A stretch of DNA of 64,000 nt from the human T2T-CHM13v2.0 reference genome, Homo sapiens. Of this stretch, positions 42,833 through 57,212 are shown piece after piece. Below the pieces are notes generated by a model. It saw nothing but the letters and a program-made list of their open reading frames with translations. It ran no database searches and was not told where the DNA came from. Positions within the stretch are counted from its first letter, which is position 1. The number at the start of each line of letters is the position of its first letter. Where the stretch lies: the NCBI RefSeq assembly GCF_009914755.1, contig NC_060947.1; one strand, 5' to 3'. A program made the translations under genes and the position numbers.

Positions 42833-43160
42833 ATAGAAACTAGGAAGTGGAAGTAAAGGCTAGTGAATCAGCCAGCAGTCTTTCCTCAGCATGGATTGCC
42901 GTAATCTCATACAACAGGAGAAATTAAGCCCATTTATGCCTAACAAACTCCACTTCCCTCAACACACCATCAATGATAGAAAACAAATAAGTTTGATGTT
43001 GATGCAAGTATCCCACACAGTTTGCCTGTGAACATACCTGCTAAATGTATCTGCTTCCTTGCAAATATAAAAGAGTCATCCCAGAACAAGTGGTCTTAGT
43101 TGCCATAGAAACAAGTTCTTCTGGCTGATGTCAGCCTACTATAGCAACTAGGAAGTGAAA
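42833..43160. promoter_or_regulatory. Candidate RFX/CRE/ETS regulatory cluster in unique DNA
   Basis: X-box GTTGCCATAGAAAC at 43099-43112; palindrome GGCTGATGTCAGCC at 43123-43136; second X-box-like site at 43135-43148; GGAAGTG ETS cores at 42843 and 43151. Confidence 0.5.
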
Positions 43161-44899
43161 ATTCATTCACAGAATCAGAGCCATAAGTACTAACTCAGCT
43201 ACATATACCCTAGCCCAATTCAAGAGAGACACACAGAAAGAATATGAGAAGGCAACCAAGGAAATACACTAGAGGGCAAAGCTTTTTAAACAGTGGACTA
43301 GAGATAGAGTATATGGTGGTAAAAAAAAAAAATTCTATCCATCCAACATAGACATTGTTTGCTTTCCCATCCCATGAAAACCTTAGAACTGGCAATAACA
43401 CATGCTGGTGCTAAAAGTGATCTCATAGGCCACACACTCCAAATCCATATCCACTCCCCAGGTGCCATTTTGTGAAACCAATAATTAAGTAACGAGAGAA
43501 TAAATTCATATGTGACACATTTGTGTATACCTTTTGTAAACCCTGTGTACTATAATAAAGTGTTTGTCAGGTTCTGAATTCCATACCAGGAAGACAAAAC
43601 CATAAACTCATAAAAATGGTGTCACTTGGGACTCCTGATTTCTGATGCTAGCATTCAGTGATTCCCATTAATTCTTGCTTCAGCTAAAAAAATTTTCTTC
43701 TAAGACAAAACAATGAATCCAGTCATCAGGGAAAGATTTTCAGCTGGTTCACAAGATTAACATATTTCTGTGACACTTCTCCCATCTGTACTTCTTCAGA
43801 GGCAGAACCTCAAACCATATCCCTATTTCTTACGTGCCTCACAATACTGTGTATGAATGGTTGCATGAATAATTGAATGAAATGTCAATTAAGCTGTTAG
43901 AAGATGAAATTAAAAAAGAAAACAGAAGCTCAGAAATTTATGTCTATTTTCCTCTTATACAGCATCCCATGTAGAGATGTTGTAGTCACAACTATCCCAA
44001 GGTCTGTCATGAGGCAAGGTAAGTCTGCATAGGTGGGAAGCTCAATAATTCATGGTCAAATTGGAATAACATTAGGAGATGATAACTTAGTGAAGATGAG
44101 TCTCCCAGGTTTAGGGGAAGGCAAACCAGATACTAAGGTACTGTCAGGACGAAAGAATGCAGATCAATATTTAAAGAAATTCACATGAAGATGGCAGGAG
44201 AGGAAAATGCTTCCTCACAATAGAAACAAATTTGAATAATGTGCTCTGTACTCTAATCTCCACAAGAAGATAAATTTGAGCCTGTCACATTTGGGGATTT
44301 GCATTCCTCAGGCAATACTAAAACCTCCACACTGCTAATTGATAATGAGGCTATGAGTTAAGTATCTTAAATATATATCATGTTAAGATTAAAAATAAAA
44401 TAAAATCTCAGGGAGGAAGAACTCGACAGACACATTATCACAGTACACAGGTAAAAATAGCTCCTGTCACACTGTGGTCAATTGGTTTAGGAGACAGAGA
44501 TGCCATATGACACATTTCTTGCTGGGATTAATAAGCAAAGCAAGAGGACTCTTCTATGAACGGTTCTAGGGAATCTAAAAAAAGAAGTGACCACATTCCC
44601 CACTGGATTAACAAGAGAAGGGCCAGTATGGGCCAGATTTATACCTGTAGCCAAACTAACTGAAGATATTCAACAGTCTCTTAGTAAAGAGAACAATATC
44701 AAGACCACATTCTAACCTCTGTGATTTTCCAGAAAGGCAACATTGTAGGGTTGTTTTAAGGTTGAGTTGTTCAAATGAGTGCCACTCCAAAGGACAGATG
44801 TGGGTTTGATTTGCAGCTCTACCTCTATTATACGAAATTGAAGAGCAGAGGCCATTGAGACTTTCATAATTGTAGTTTCCTTATCTGCCATATGATGGT

Positions 44900-45965
44900 T
44901 TTAACAGCTTTACTGAGATATAATTCATATAACATAAAATTCACCCATTTGAAGTGTAAATTTCACTGGTTTTTAGTTTATTTACAGATAGTGTTCAGCC
45001 ATCATGAAATTCAATTTTAGAACATTTATACCAACTCAAAAAGAAACCCCATATCATTTAGCTATCCTCCACATATCCCCGGTCCCCTCATCCAGCCCTA
45101 AACAACGACTTATCTATTTTTTGTCTTTACAGATTTCCATATTCTGGACTTTAATATGAATGGCATCATACAGAATTGGGATTGCTTTAAAAAAAACTGG
45201 CTTCTTTCACTTAGCAGTATAGTTTCAAGATTCATTAATGTCGTAACATATACCAGTACTTCATTGCTTTTTATCACCAAATAATATTGTATGAATATAC
45301 CACATTTTAATTATCCATGTATTGATGGACACCTGAGTTGTTCTGTTCTTTTTGGGGAGAGTTTGTGAAGAATTGATATTCATTTTTGAATGTTTGGTAG
45401 AATTCAGCAGTGAAAGTATCTGGGCTTGAACACTTCCTTGTGGGTAGTTGTTTTGTTTCATTTTGTTTACTGATTTAATCTCATTACTTGTTTCAGGTAT
45501 ATTTAGATTGTCTATTTCTTCTTATGTCTTTTTTGGTAGTTTGTATATTTCTAGGAGTTTGTCCATTTTAGCTAGGCTACCTGATTTGTTGGCATACAAT
45601 TTCTCATAACATTTTATTTTAATTCTTTTTATTTTGTAAAGTCATATGCCCACTTTCATTTCTGATTCTAGTAAATTGAGTCTTTACTGTTTTTTCTCAG
45701 TCAGACTAGCTAAAGGTTTGTCAATTTTGTGAATCTTTTCAAATAATTGAGTTTTGGTTTCATTGATTGTTTTCCTATTTTTCTGTTCTCTATTTTGTTA
45801 ATTCCTACTACAATCTTTATTATTTCCTTCCTTCTGCTTGCTTTAGGTTTAGTTTTGTTCTTGTTTAGACAGATTATTAATTTGAAGACTTTTTCTTTTT
45901 TTTAATAAAGGCATTTACAGCTGTAAATTTCCATCTAAGCCTTGCTTTAACTGCATACTATAAAT
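44900..45965 (-). mobile_element. Old L1M fragments
   Basis: ACAGCTTTACTGAGATATAATTCA 3'-end motif and ORF2 motif GTTTGGTAGAATTCAGCAGTG. Confidence 0.7.
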
Positions 45966-46437
45966 TCCACAGGATATAAATGATTGTTTTCTCTTCACCA
46001 TTTTCACTAAGAAATGGGTCAGTGGAGCTCTTTATGCTATGATGCCTGAAATCAATCTCCTCTAAATGCTAAAAATATTAACACCTGCTTTAAGGAGTTG
46101 ATAAAAGAACACAAAACAGCATGCTAATTCATCTGGAAAAATAGACAGATTCATACTTACAAATATCCCATAACAGAAATATCATGAAGGCAAATCAAAT
46201 ATATCATATACAAATATTTTATAGAGCTACAATTATTTCAAAATGTTGGTACTAACATGAGTTTTTAGCAAGTGGCATTATGAAGAAACAGGAAGGTTGG
46301 AAGATAAGATCAAAGAAGCCCAAGTTATCCCAGGGAACTGCATACAGGTCCTTGATGCATTCAGTTTCAGACTAGAGGTATGGGTCTCTACTATTGCTTG
46401 AATTTTATTATGCACGTACACATACAGACATATGTAC

Positions 46438-46731
46438 AGTTATGTGTTACATGATGATGTTTTGATCAATGATGTACAGTGGTCCTATAAAATTATAAAT
46501 ACTTTATTTTCACTGTAACTTGCCTATGTTTAAATACACAAATACTTACAGTTACCTACAGTACTAGGTACAGTAACATTTGGGTTTTTAACCTAGGGGC
46601 AATAGCCTAGATGTGTAGTAAGTATACCATCTAGGTTGTTGCAAGTACATTCTATGATGTTGGCACAATGATAAAATTACCAAACAGTGCATTTCTCAGA
46701 ACATATCCCCATTGTTAAGCAATGCGTGACT
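46438..46731 (+). mobile_element. Tigger3a/MER7A-like MITE followed by (TA)n
   Basis: Same TIR family as 30708-31943; (TA)n at 46747-46789. Confidence 0.75.
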
Positions 46732-46741
46732 ATATATGTGT

Positions 46742-46792
<51 letters not shown>

Positions 46793-47862
46793 TGTGGGGA
46801 AGACACAAATTGCAAAGGGAAAGCAAAGACATAAAAATATCCAATAAATATGTAAAATATGTAAATATGTAAAAAGGTAGCCACACTGCTGAATACTCAG
46901 TCAAATGCAAAGATGAACAGCAATTAGATTGTATTCCAATACCTCCACCCACTCACCATTTAATAGGCAAAGAAGCAAAGAATGACAAAGCACAGTGTTG
47001 GACAGGGATTGAGAAGTCAGGCACTGTTGGGCACATGCCAAAGATCAAACAGCTTGGAATGAGGGGACCAAAATAGGATTTCAGGTCTTTCTGTCTCCAC
47101 AGCAGGCAGGTGTGCTCTCTCCAACATTCATCACTCCCTCCTGGACTTGGAATTTAGACTGTGTTATAATCTAAGCTCAAGTTCTCTCTCTCTTTTTCTT
47201 TTTCTCCCTCCCACCCTCCCTCTCTCCTTCCCAATTTCTTACAAAAAGTAGAATATACAGATAAGTATCAAAGCCAGAGAAGCCTGCATAGATAGGGGCC
47301 AGATGACCGACATAGGGAAGTAAGTCATACTGCCAACATGTGCATATTTAGGCTTTATGGACACAAAGAACTTCCTACCACTCTCAGCTGAAGACCAGGG
47401 GCAGGGGGTGCTTATGTAACTAAATAGGATCATAACATAATGTTCTAACATTCACTGTATGTTTTTCCCTAGAAATTGGATCATTAACATAACATTGCCA
47501 TTCTGCAATTTGCCTTTTTCACATTGCATGACATCTTTCGATGTCAGTACATTTAATTCTATCTCCTTTATAATAGTTCAATTAGTATTCCATTGAATGC
47601 ATATATGAAAATAATACCATGCAGTATATCATAGTCTATTAAAAATAATTTTAGTGTATTCTCACTCTCTTTTCTGAGAAACTGGGAAAATGCATATTTG
47701 TTACATCTCATAACTAGACATTGTCTATGGTCTAAAAATCAAAGAAGAGAAACACACTCTCAGCATACAGGTAATTAGAGACACAAGGTACATAGACAGC
47801 TCTTTCCATCCCATAGAAAATTCAACTTTCACCTGAAGATAAGGCTCTGTGTGTATGTTTGC

Positions 47863-47864
<2 letters not shown>

Positions 47865-47907
<43 letters not shown>
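47865..47907. repeat. (TG)n microsatellite
   Basis: About 21 perfect TG units. Confidence 0.95.
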
Positions 47908-47908
<1 letters not shown>

Positions 47909-49315
47909 GTCTGGAAGATAATGGAAGAGGCCACGAAATGGAATATTCTGCTTTCAGTTCAATTACTTTTGAAGTATAAGAATACTCATGGGAACAATCT
48001 AAAAACATGTTGAAACTGACCAAGAAGGAACTATCGATCATTATCAATGCCATCAGCTGTTTTGGATTAACATTTATATATATACTTCTAAATATTTGTT
48101 CCATTAACACATATGAACCATTTTGAAAATATTTTTCTTTTAAACTCAACAGAAGATTTGAATATTCTTCCATATTCCTGTATGATTATATCTTTTTGTG
48201 TATGAATCACTTTCAATGAATGTTGTCTGCATATTTTTAAATATTTAATTTCAGTTACTTTTCAGATTACAAAATAATACAGAGTTAACATAAATGAACA
48301 TTAACATAAAACAGGGAGGAAATAAGTAAAACAAGAAGGTTAACACCCTGGTCACTTCAGTCCTCAGTCCTTTGCGAGGTATCTTTTATAAAGAAATTTG
48401 TTTGTCCCCCTCCCAGTTATTTTTCATTGTATATTCTGTCTCTATAAGCATGCAACTCTGTTATCTTTTTGCCGTATATGTGAATTTTACGGATAAATAG
48501 AGATAGAAATTGATATAAATACATCAATATATAGACATAGTGATATTGATCTCTAGCATATCACTAATACTATATACTGAAGATCACCTGATTTTTAAAC
48601 TAACCCCTAATCTTCACAGGTTCTTGATAGAAATGAGTATCAAAAACCAAAAGTTGACCACCAATTTAAATTTCTCAAGGACTGCAATAAAATTACCATT
48701 AAAAGCACAATATTGTAACCGATGATTCCTCTACAATAATTTCAAAGTCTGATGAGAATCTTCAGGGAAGAAAATTCCCAAATGAGAAATTCACAATTTT
48801 CTAATTCTGCTACCCTTCCCTCTCCCTTTTTTCTTTACCTCCTTTCCCTTTCTGAGCAATTTAGTCCAAATGCTAAATTGGACTATTGTGACATTAGATG
48901 AGCCAGAGCAAAATGAAGCCATGTGTATTTGCATGTGTGTGTGTGAGTGGAGGTGGAGGAGTTGGGGAAAAGAAAGGGGGAATTGGTAGTGACCATGATG
49001 GCCCAGAGAAGAGTGATGGAGCTAAGTGAGGAGGGCATCTGTTAAGTAGTCCAGCACCAAATTTTTTCACAATCAGAGCTCATTTTCCCAATAATTCTTT
49101 TAACAAATAAATTGTTTAAGAAAGTTAGTCCCCTAGTCATGAGACATAAACTTTAATTTTCTCTCCTACTTAAGTATCCTTTTAAACATATCCCATACTA
49201 AATTCCTTTGTTAATTTTCTAAATATATTTTAACACCACATTGGATCCTCTTCCCTACATCATCCAGATCTAATGCAGGTCAGGAGGCCAAATTTCTTTC
49301 AAAAATGCTCTTTTA

Positions 49316-49620
<305 letters not shown>

Positions 49621-49899
49621 AAAAATGCTCTTTTAATCCTCCACCCCCTACACCCTACAATAGGTAACAATTTCAAAATCCCATGCAATTATAACTAATT
49701 CAAAGGTGATGTTTTGAGATTAAAAAGCTATAGATAAAACTTTTTGAGATTAAAAAGCTTCCTGTTTCTCTGGAGATAGAAACTACATTATTACTAACTT
49801 CCAAGTGAGGAAAACACATGTGTAATTGTATAAAAAATGGTAATTTTTTAACATTTTATCTAGCCCAAAAAGTAGCATACAAGCATTATCTATTTTAGC

Positions 49900-51905
49900 A
49901 GCTTTATAGAAATATTTTTAGGATGCCATAAATTGCACCCATTTAAAGTATACAGTTCAATAGTCTTTAACATATTCAGAGTTATGTAACCATCAACATA
50001 ATCTAATTTTAATTACTTTAACCATCTCTGAAATAAAACCTTCTATCCACTGACAGTCACTTCCTATCCCCCACATCCCCTATAGCCTCAATCAACCAGT
50101 AATCTACTTTCTGTCTTTATAGATTTGCTTATCCTGTACAATTCATATGAATGGAATCATACAATTTGTGATCTTTCACTCTGCAGTACGTTTTCAAGTT
50201 TCATCAGTAATGTAGAATGAATCAGTACTTCATTATTTTTATAGCAGAATAATATTTCATTGTGTACACATACTGTATTTTGTTTTTCCAATCTTCAGTT
50301 GATGGCCATTTTGGTTGTTTCCACTTTTTGGCTATTATGAATAATGCTGATATGAACATTCATGTACATGGTTTTTTTTTTGGTGAACATATGTTTTCAA
50401 TTCTCTTGAGTATATGCCTAGCAGTGAAATTAATAGGTTAAACGCTAACTTGTTTAATATTTTGGGGAACTACCAAACCATTTTCCACAGTGTCTGCACT
50501 ATTTTATATTCCTACCAGCAATGTTGGAAGGTTTTGATAACTACCCATCCCTTCCAACACTTGTTATTGGCTGTCGTTTGTATTATAGCCAAACTATTTT
50601 GTGTGAAGTGGTATTTCACTGTGGTTTTGATTTGCATTTTTCTGCTAACAAATGATGTTGAGCATCTTTTCATATACTTATTGGCCATTTGCCTGTCTTC
50701 TTCAGAGAAATGTCTTTTCAGATTTTTGTCCATTTTTAAATTAGGTTAACTTTCTATTATTGTGTTCCTGTATTTCTGTCATGATTTCTACTTTGACTTA
50801 TGATTTATTTAGGTGTGTATTGCTTACTTTTTGCATATTTGTGAAATCCCAAAGCTTTCTTCTCTTATAGATTTCTAATTTCAGTCCATCTGATCAAAGA
50901 ATGTAATATGTGTGACTTCGATTTTATTAATGAATTGAGATTTGTTTTATAGCCCAATGTATGCTCTGTCCTAGAGAATGTTTCATGTGCACTTGAGAAG
51001 AATGAGTATTCTATTTTTATTGGGTAGAGTGTTCTATCTGATAGATCTAGCTGTTTTATAGTGTTTTTCAAGTTGTCTATGTCCTTTTTTAATTTTTAAA
51101 ATACTCTCTCAGCAGAATCAAAGTCTTCTATATCTTTGATGATCTGCTTAGTTATGCTACCCATTAGTAAAAGTAGGGTATTGTTGTCTCTTAATATTAT
51201 TTTTGAACTATTTCTCCCTTCAATTGTGTCAGGTTTGCATTGGTATTTAGGTGCTCTATTGTTAGGTGCATATGTGTGTATAACTATTGTTTCTTCCTAA
51301 TGATTAATACTTTTATCATTATAAAATGTCCCTCTTTATTTCTAAACATTTTTTGTAAAGTTTATTTTGCCTGACATCCTCTAATGACTTCTGTTTGCCT
51401 GGTTTATCTTTTTCTATTCTGCTACTTTCAACCTATTTGTACCTCTAAATCTTAAGTATGTCCCCCCTTAGACAACACATAGTTGTTAGACCATAGTTGT
51501 ACTTGTTTTTCTCCAGTATTAGTATTGACTGGATTACTTTGATTGGATTACTTAATCCATTGACATTTAATGTTATTATTGGTATGTTTGCATTTGGGTC
51601 TGCCATTTGCTTTATGCCTGGGAGACAACCCTGTCTCTATAATAAAAAATCTTATTAGAGTTCCTTTGTACACAATGTCTAATGTGTTTCTGTTTCTCTT
51701 AGTGTATTCAACGTATTTTTTATTGTCTATGGCTTGCAACTTTTTGACTATGATGTATTTGGATGTGTATCTCTTTCTAGTTATTCTACTTGGAATGTGT
51801 TGAGTTTCTTGATGCATAGATTAGTATTTTGGGGCCTTTTCAGACATTATTTCTTACAATGTTTTTTCTGCTTCTTCCTCTCTCTCCCTTTTTCCCTTGA
51901 TGCTC
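49900..51905 (-). mobile_element. Old L1MB-type element fragments
   Basis: Minus ORFs 50512-50733 (RHFSEED...MKRCSTS), 50865-51071 (endonuclease) and 51548-51817 (ORF1-like). Confidence 0.75.
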
Positions 51906-52609
51906 CCACTGAAGTACTGTAAATGAGATATAATCAAGGTATCATTCTATGGGTGAATCACTAAATTATCTTTGGAATATCATAAACATGGAAATTGTGC
52001 AACAATTAAAATTAATGATGGAGATTTAAAATATGAAAGAGAAATACAAAATCAGATGACTAAAATTGGAGCAGAACAAAAATTACATTGTTATTTATGA
52101 GATACAAAAAATACCTCATTTTTTCTTTTTATTGCATATATCTAAGGTGTATGACGTGATGTTGATATACATATATATATACATATGTATGTGCAATCAT
52201 GTGAAAATATTACGAGTCAAGCATCTCCTCAAATAGTTATCCTCTTGTGGGAAGAGTATCTGAAATCTACTCTCTTAACTATAATTATCATACTGCACAT
52301 TAGAGCTCTAGGCTTGTTAATCCTATGCAACTACAAATTTGTACCTTTGTCAAGGGATACACTTCGACAAGGGTACAAAGTTGTATCGTCCCTAGTGACC
52401 AGCGAGATGTAGGTCACTACATCCCCTCTGCCTCTGGGAATCAATGTTCTACACTATTTCTATATATTTGACTTTTTTAGATTTCACATATAAGTGAGAT
52501 CATGCAGTGTTTTTCTTTCTGTGTCTGGCTTATTTTACTTAACATAATGTCCTCCAAGTTCATCCATGTTGTTGAAAATGATCTGCTGTCCTTTTTTTTA
52601 AGCTGAGTT

Positions 52610-54203
52610 ATATATATGTAATACATATATATGTAATAGTATATATAGTATATATAATATACATATATATGTAATAGCATATATAATACATATATGTAAT
52701 AGTATATATACTATATATATACTGTATATATAGTATATATAGTATATACTATATAATATGCTATATAGTCTATATATAGTATATATATACTATATACACT
52801 ATATATACAGTATATACAGTATATATATACTATAGACTATATAGCATATTATATAGTGTACTATATAATATAGTATATATAGTCTATATATAGTATAGTT
52901 TACTATATAATATAGTATATATAGTATACTATATAATATAGTATATATAGTATACTATATAATATATAGTATACTATATAATATAGTATATATAGTATAC
53001 TATATAATATAATATATAGTATACTATATAATATAGTATATATAGTAGACTATATAATATAGTCTACTATATAATATAGTAGACTATATAATATAGTCTA
53101 CTATATAATGTAGTAGACTATATAATATAGTCTACTATATAATGTAGTAGACTATATAATATAGTCTACTATATAATGTAGTAGACTATATAATATAGTC
53201 TACTATATAATGTAGTAGACTATATAATATAGTCTACTATATAATGTAGTAGACTATATAATATAGTCTACTATATAATGTAGTAGACTATATAATATAG
53301 TCTACTATATAATGTAGTAGACTATATAATATAGTCTACTATATAATGTAGTAGACTATATAATATAGTCTACTATATAATGTAGTAGACTATATAATAT
53401 AGTCTACTATATAATGTAGTAGACTATATAATATAGTCTACTATATAATGTAGTAGACTATATAATATAGTCTACTATATAATGTAGTAGACTATATAAT
53501 ATAGTCTACTATATAATGTAGTAGACTATATAATATAGTCTACTATATAATGTAGTAGACTATATAATATAGTCTACTATATAATGTAGTAGACTATATA
53601 ATATAGTCTACTATATAATGTAGTAGACTATATAATATAGTCTACTATATAATGTAGTAGACTATATAATATAGTCTACTATATAATGTAGTAGACTATA
53701 TAATATAGTATATATAGTAGACTATATAATATAGTATACAATATAATATAGTATATATAGTATACAATATAATATAGTATATATAGTATAGAATATAATA
53801 TAGTATATATAATAGACAATATAATATAGTATATATAGTAGACAATATAATATAGTATATATAGTAGACAATATAATATAGTATATATAGTAGGCTATAT
53901 AATATAGTATATATAGTAGACAATATAATATAGTATATATAGTAGGCTATATAATATAGTATATATAGTAGACAATATAATATAGTATATATAGTAGACA
54001 ATATAATATAGTATATATAGTAGAGAATATAATATAGTATATATAGTAGACAATATAATATAGTATATATAGTAGACAATATAATATAGTATATATAGTA
54101 GACAATATAATATAGTATATATAGTATACTATATAATATAGTATATATAGTATACTATATAATATAGTATATATAGTAATACATATATTATATAATATAT
54201 ATA
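52610..54203. repeat. Compound AT-rich minisatellite: core 34-bp palindromic unit x19 (53057-53702), then about 26-bp units
   Basis: Core unit ATATAGTCTACTATATAATGTAGTAGACTATATA; downstream unit ATATAATATAGTATATATAGTAGACA. Confidence 0.95.
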
Positions 54204-55314
54204 ACAATTTGTTGGTCCATTAATCTATTGACAGACACTTAGGTTGTTTTCATACTGGCTTCTGTGAATAATGCTGCAATGAATATGGGAGTGTTCATAT
54301 CTCTGTGAGGTTTAGATTTCACTTTCTTTGGGTATATACCCAGAAGAGAGATTGCTGGGTCATATGATAGTTCTATTTTTAATTTTCTGCCTGAATCTCC
54401 ATACTGTTTTCCATAATGGCTGACCAATTTACATTCCTACCAACAGAGTACAAGGATTGCCTTTTTTTCCACATCCTTGCCAACGTTTATCTGTTATCCA
54501 TTTGATAACAGCCATCCTAATAGGTGTGAGGTGATGTTGTGGTTTTGATATGCATTTCCTTAATGATTAGTGATGTTGACCACCTTTTTATATACCATTT
54601 GGCCATTTATATGTCTTCTTTAAAGAAATATCTATTCAGGACTTTTATCCATTTTGTAATTTGGTTATTTGGATTTTTGGCTATTGACCTCTCTGAGTTT
54701 CTTATGTATTTTGGATATTATCCCTTTATCAAATATATGGTTTGCAAATATTTCTCCCATTCTGTGGATTGCCTTTTCACTCTGTTGATTGTTTTCTTTT
54801 CTGTTCAGAAGGGTTTTAGCTTGATATAGCCCTACTTGTTTATTTTTGCTTTAGCTGCCTGAGCTTTTGGTAGAATATTCAAAAAATTATTGCCAGGGTC
54901 AATGTGTCATAGCTTTCCTCTATGTTTTCATCTAAGAGTTTTATGATTTCAAGTCTTATGTCTACATCTTTCATCCATTTTGAGCTGATTTTTAAGTATG
55001 GTGTAAAATAAGGGTGCAATTTCATGATTTTGCATGTGGATGTCCAGCTTTTCCAACACTATTTATTCAAGAAACTATCCTTTCCCTATTATGCATTCTT
55101 GGTTCCCATGTTGAAAATTAGTTGACCATATATGCTTGAGTTTATTTCTGGGCTTTCAATTCTGTCTATTGGTCTTTGGTTTGTATGCCCATACCATGCT
55201 GTTTGATTACTAGAGCTTTGTTTTACATTGTTTAATATAATTTGAAATTAAACGTATGATGTATCTAATTTGTTTTTCTTCCTCAAGATTGTTTTGGCTA
55301 TTCAGGGTCTTTTG

Positions 55315-55677
55315 AGTATTAGTCCATTTTGACATTACTGTAAAGATGCTACCTGAGACTGGGTAGTTTAAAAGGAAAGAGGTTTAATTGACTCACAGTT
55401 CTGTATGGCTGGGAAAGCCTCAGGAAACTTACAATTATGGTGGAAGGTGAAGGGGAAGCAGGCAGCTACTTCCAAGGCACCAAGAGAGAGATCGTGTAGG
55501 GGAAACTGCCACTTTTAAAGCCACGAGAGCTCATAAGAACTTCCTCACTAACAGGAGAACAGCATGGGGGAAACCACCACCATGAACCAATCACCTCCCA
55601 CCAGGTCCCTCCCTCGACATGCGGGGATTACAATTTGAGATGAGATTTCAGTGGGGACACAGAGCCAAACCATATCA
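55315..55677 (-). mobile_element. THE1 (MaLR) solo LTR
   Basis: GTATTAGTCCATTTT...GAGGTTTAATTGACTCACAGTTC...GGGGACACAGAGCCAAACCATATCA. Confidence 0.85.
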
Positions 55678-56939
55678 GTATGAATTTTATTATTTTTTAA
55701 GTTTTTGTGAAAAATGCCATTTTAATTTTGATAGGGTTTGCTCTGAAGCTGTTTATCCCTTTGAGTAATATGGACATTTTAACAATACTAATTCTTCCAA
55801 TCCATCAATCCATGAACACAAATTATCTTTCCATTTATTTGTATCATCATCTTCAATTTCTTTCATCAGTGTTTTATAGTGTTCAGTATATAAATCTTTC
55901 ATGTCCTTGGTTATGTTTATTCCTAGGTATTTTATTCTTTTTTATACTCTCATACATTTAATTATTTTCTTGATTTCCTTTTTTGATAGACCATTATTAA
56001 TGCAAATAAATGCAACTGATGTTTGTATATTGATTTTGTACACTGCAACTTTACTAAATTTGTTTATTAGTTCTAACTAGGGTTTTTTGGGGGGGCGGGG
56101 GTGAAGGAGTGTTTAGGGTTTTATATTATACATATATTTTATACATACATCTTTACATATATCATCTGCAAAGATAATTGTACTTTTTCCTTTTCAATTT
56201 GGATGACTTTTTTTCTTCTTCTTTTAATTGTCTGATTCCTCTTGCTAGTACTTCCAGTACTATGTTGAACAAAAGTGGCAAGAATAAACATTTTTGTTTT
56301 GTACTGGATCTTAAAGAAAAAGCTTCCAATTTTTCCCCATTGATTATGATGTTAGCTATGGGATTTTCATAAGTGGCCTTTATTATGTTGAGAAATACCC
56401 TTCAATACTTATTTTGTTAAAAGTTTTTTTAATCATGAAATGATATCGAACTTTGTCAAATGCTTTTCCTGCATATATTGAAAAGATCATATGGTTTTTA
56501 TATTTCATGCTCTTCATGTGGTGTATTGCATTGAATTACTGTGTATGTTAAGCCAAACTTGCATCCCAGGAATTATTTCTATTTGGTTACGGTGTATAAT
56601 CAATTTGGTGCTTGTTGAATTTGATTTTCTAATATTTTATTGAGAATGTTTGCATCTATGTTCATCTGAGATGTTGGCCTGTATTTTTTTTCTTGTGGTA
56701 TCTTTGTCTGGCTTTGGTATCAGGGTAATGCTGGCCTCAGAAAATGAGTTTGGAGGTAGTCCTTCTACGTCTATTTTTTCGACGAGTTTAAGAAGGATTG
56801 GTATTAATTTTTCTTTGAATGTTTGGTAGAATTCAGCTGTGAAGACATTTGATCTTTGGCTTTTCTTTGTTGGGTGGTTTTTGTTTACTAGTTTAATCTC
56901 TTTATTTGCTATTGGTCTGTTCAAGCTTTCTATTTCTTC

Positions 56940-57212
56940 TTGTTTGTTTCTTTTAGTGATGGGGTATCACTCTGTCACCCAGGCTGGAGTGCAATGAGAT
57001 GACCATAGTTCACTACAGCCTTGAGCTTCTGGGCTCAAGTGATCCTCCTGCCTCAGCCTTTCCAGTAGCTAGAACTACATCCAGCTAAAATTTTTGTACA
57101 AATGAGATCTCTCTATGTTGCACAGGCTGATCTCAAACTCTTGACCTCAAGCGACCCTCCCATCTCAGCCACCCAAAGTGCTGGTATTATAGGCATGAAC
57201 CACTGTACCCCA
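56940..57212 (-). mobile_element. AluJ (diverged)
   Basis: CACTCTGTCACCCAGGCTGGAGTGC...CCCAAAGTGCTGG. Confidence 0.82.

Noticed and set aside
53696-54207. Tyr/Ile-rich ORFs
   Set aside because: Translation artefacts of the AT-rich minisatellite.
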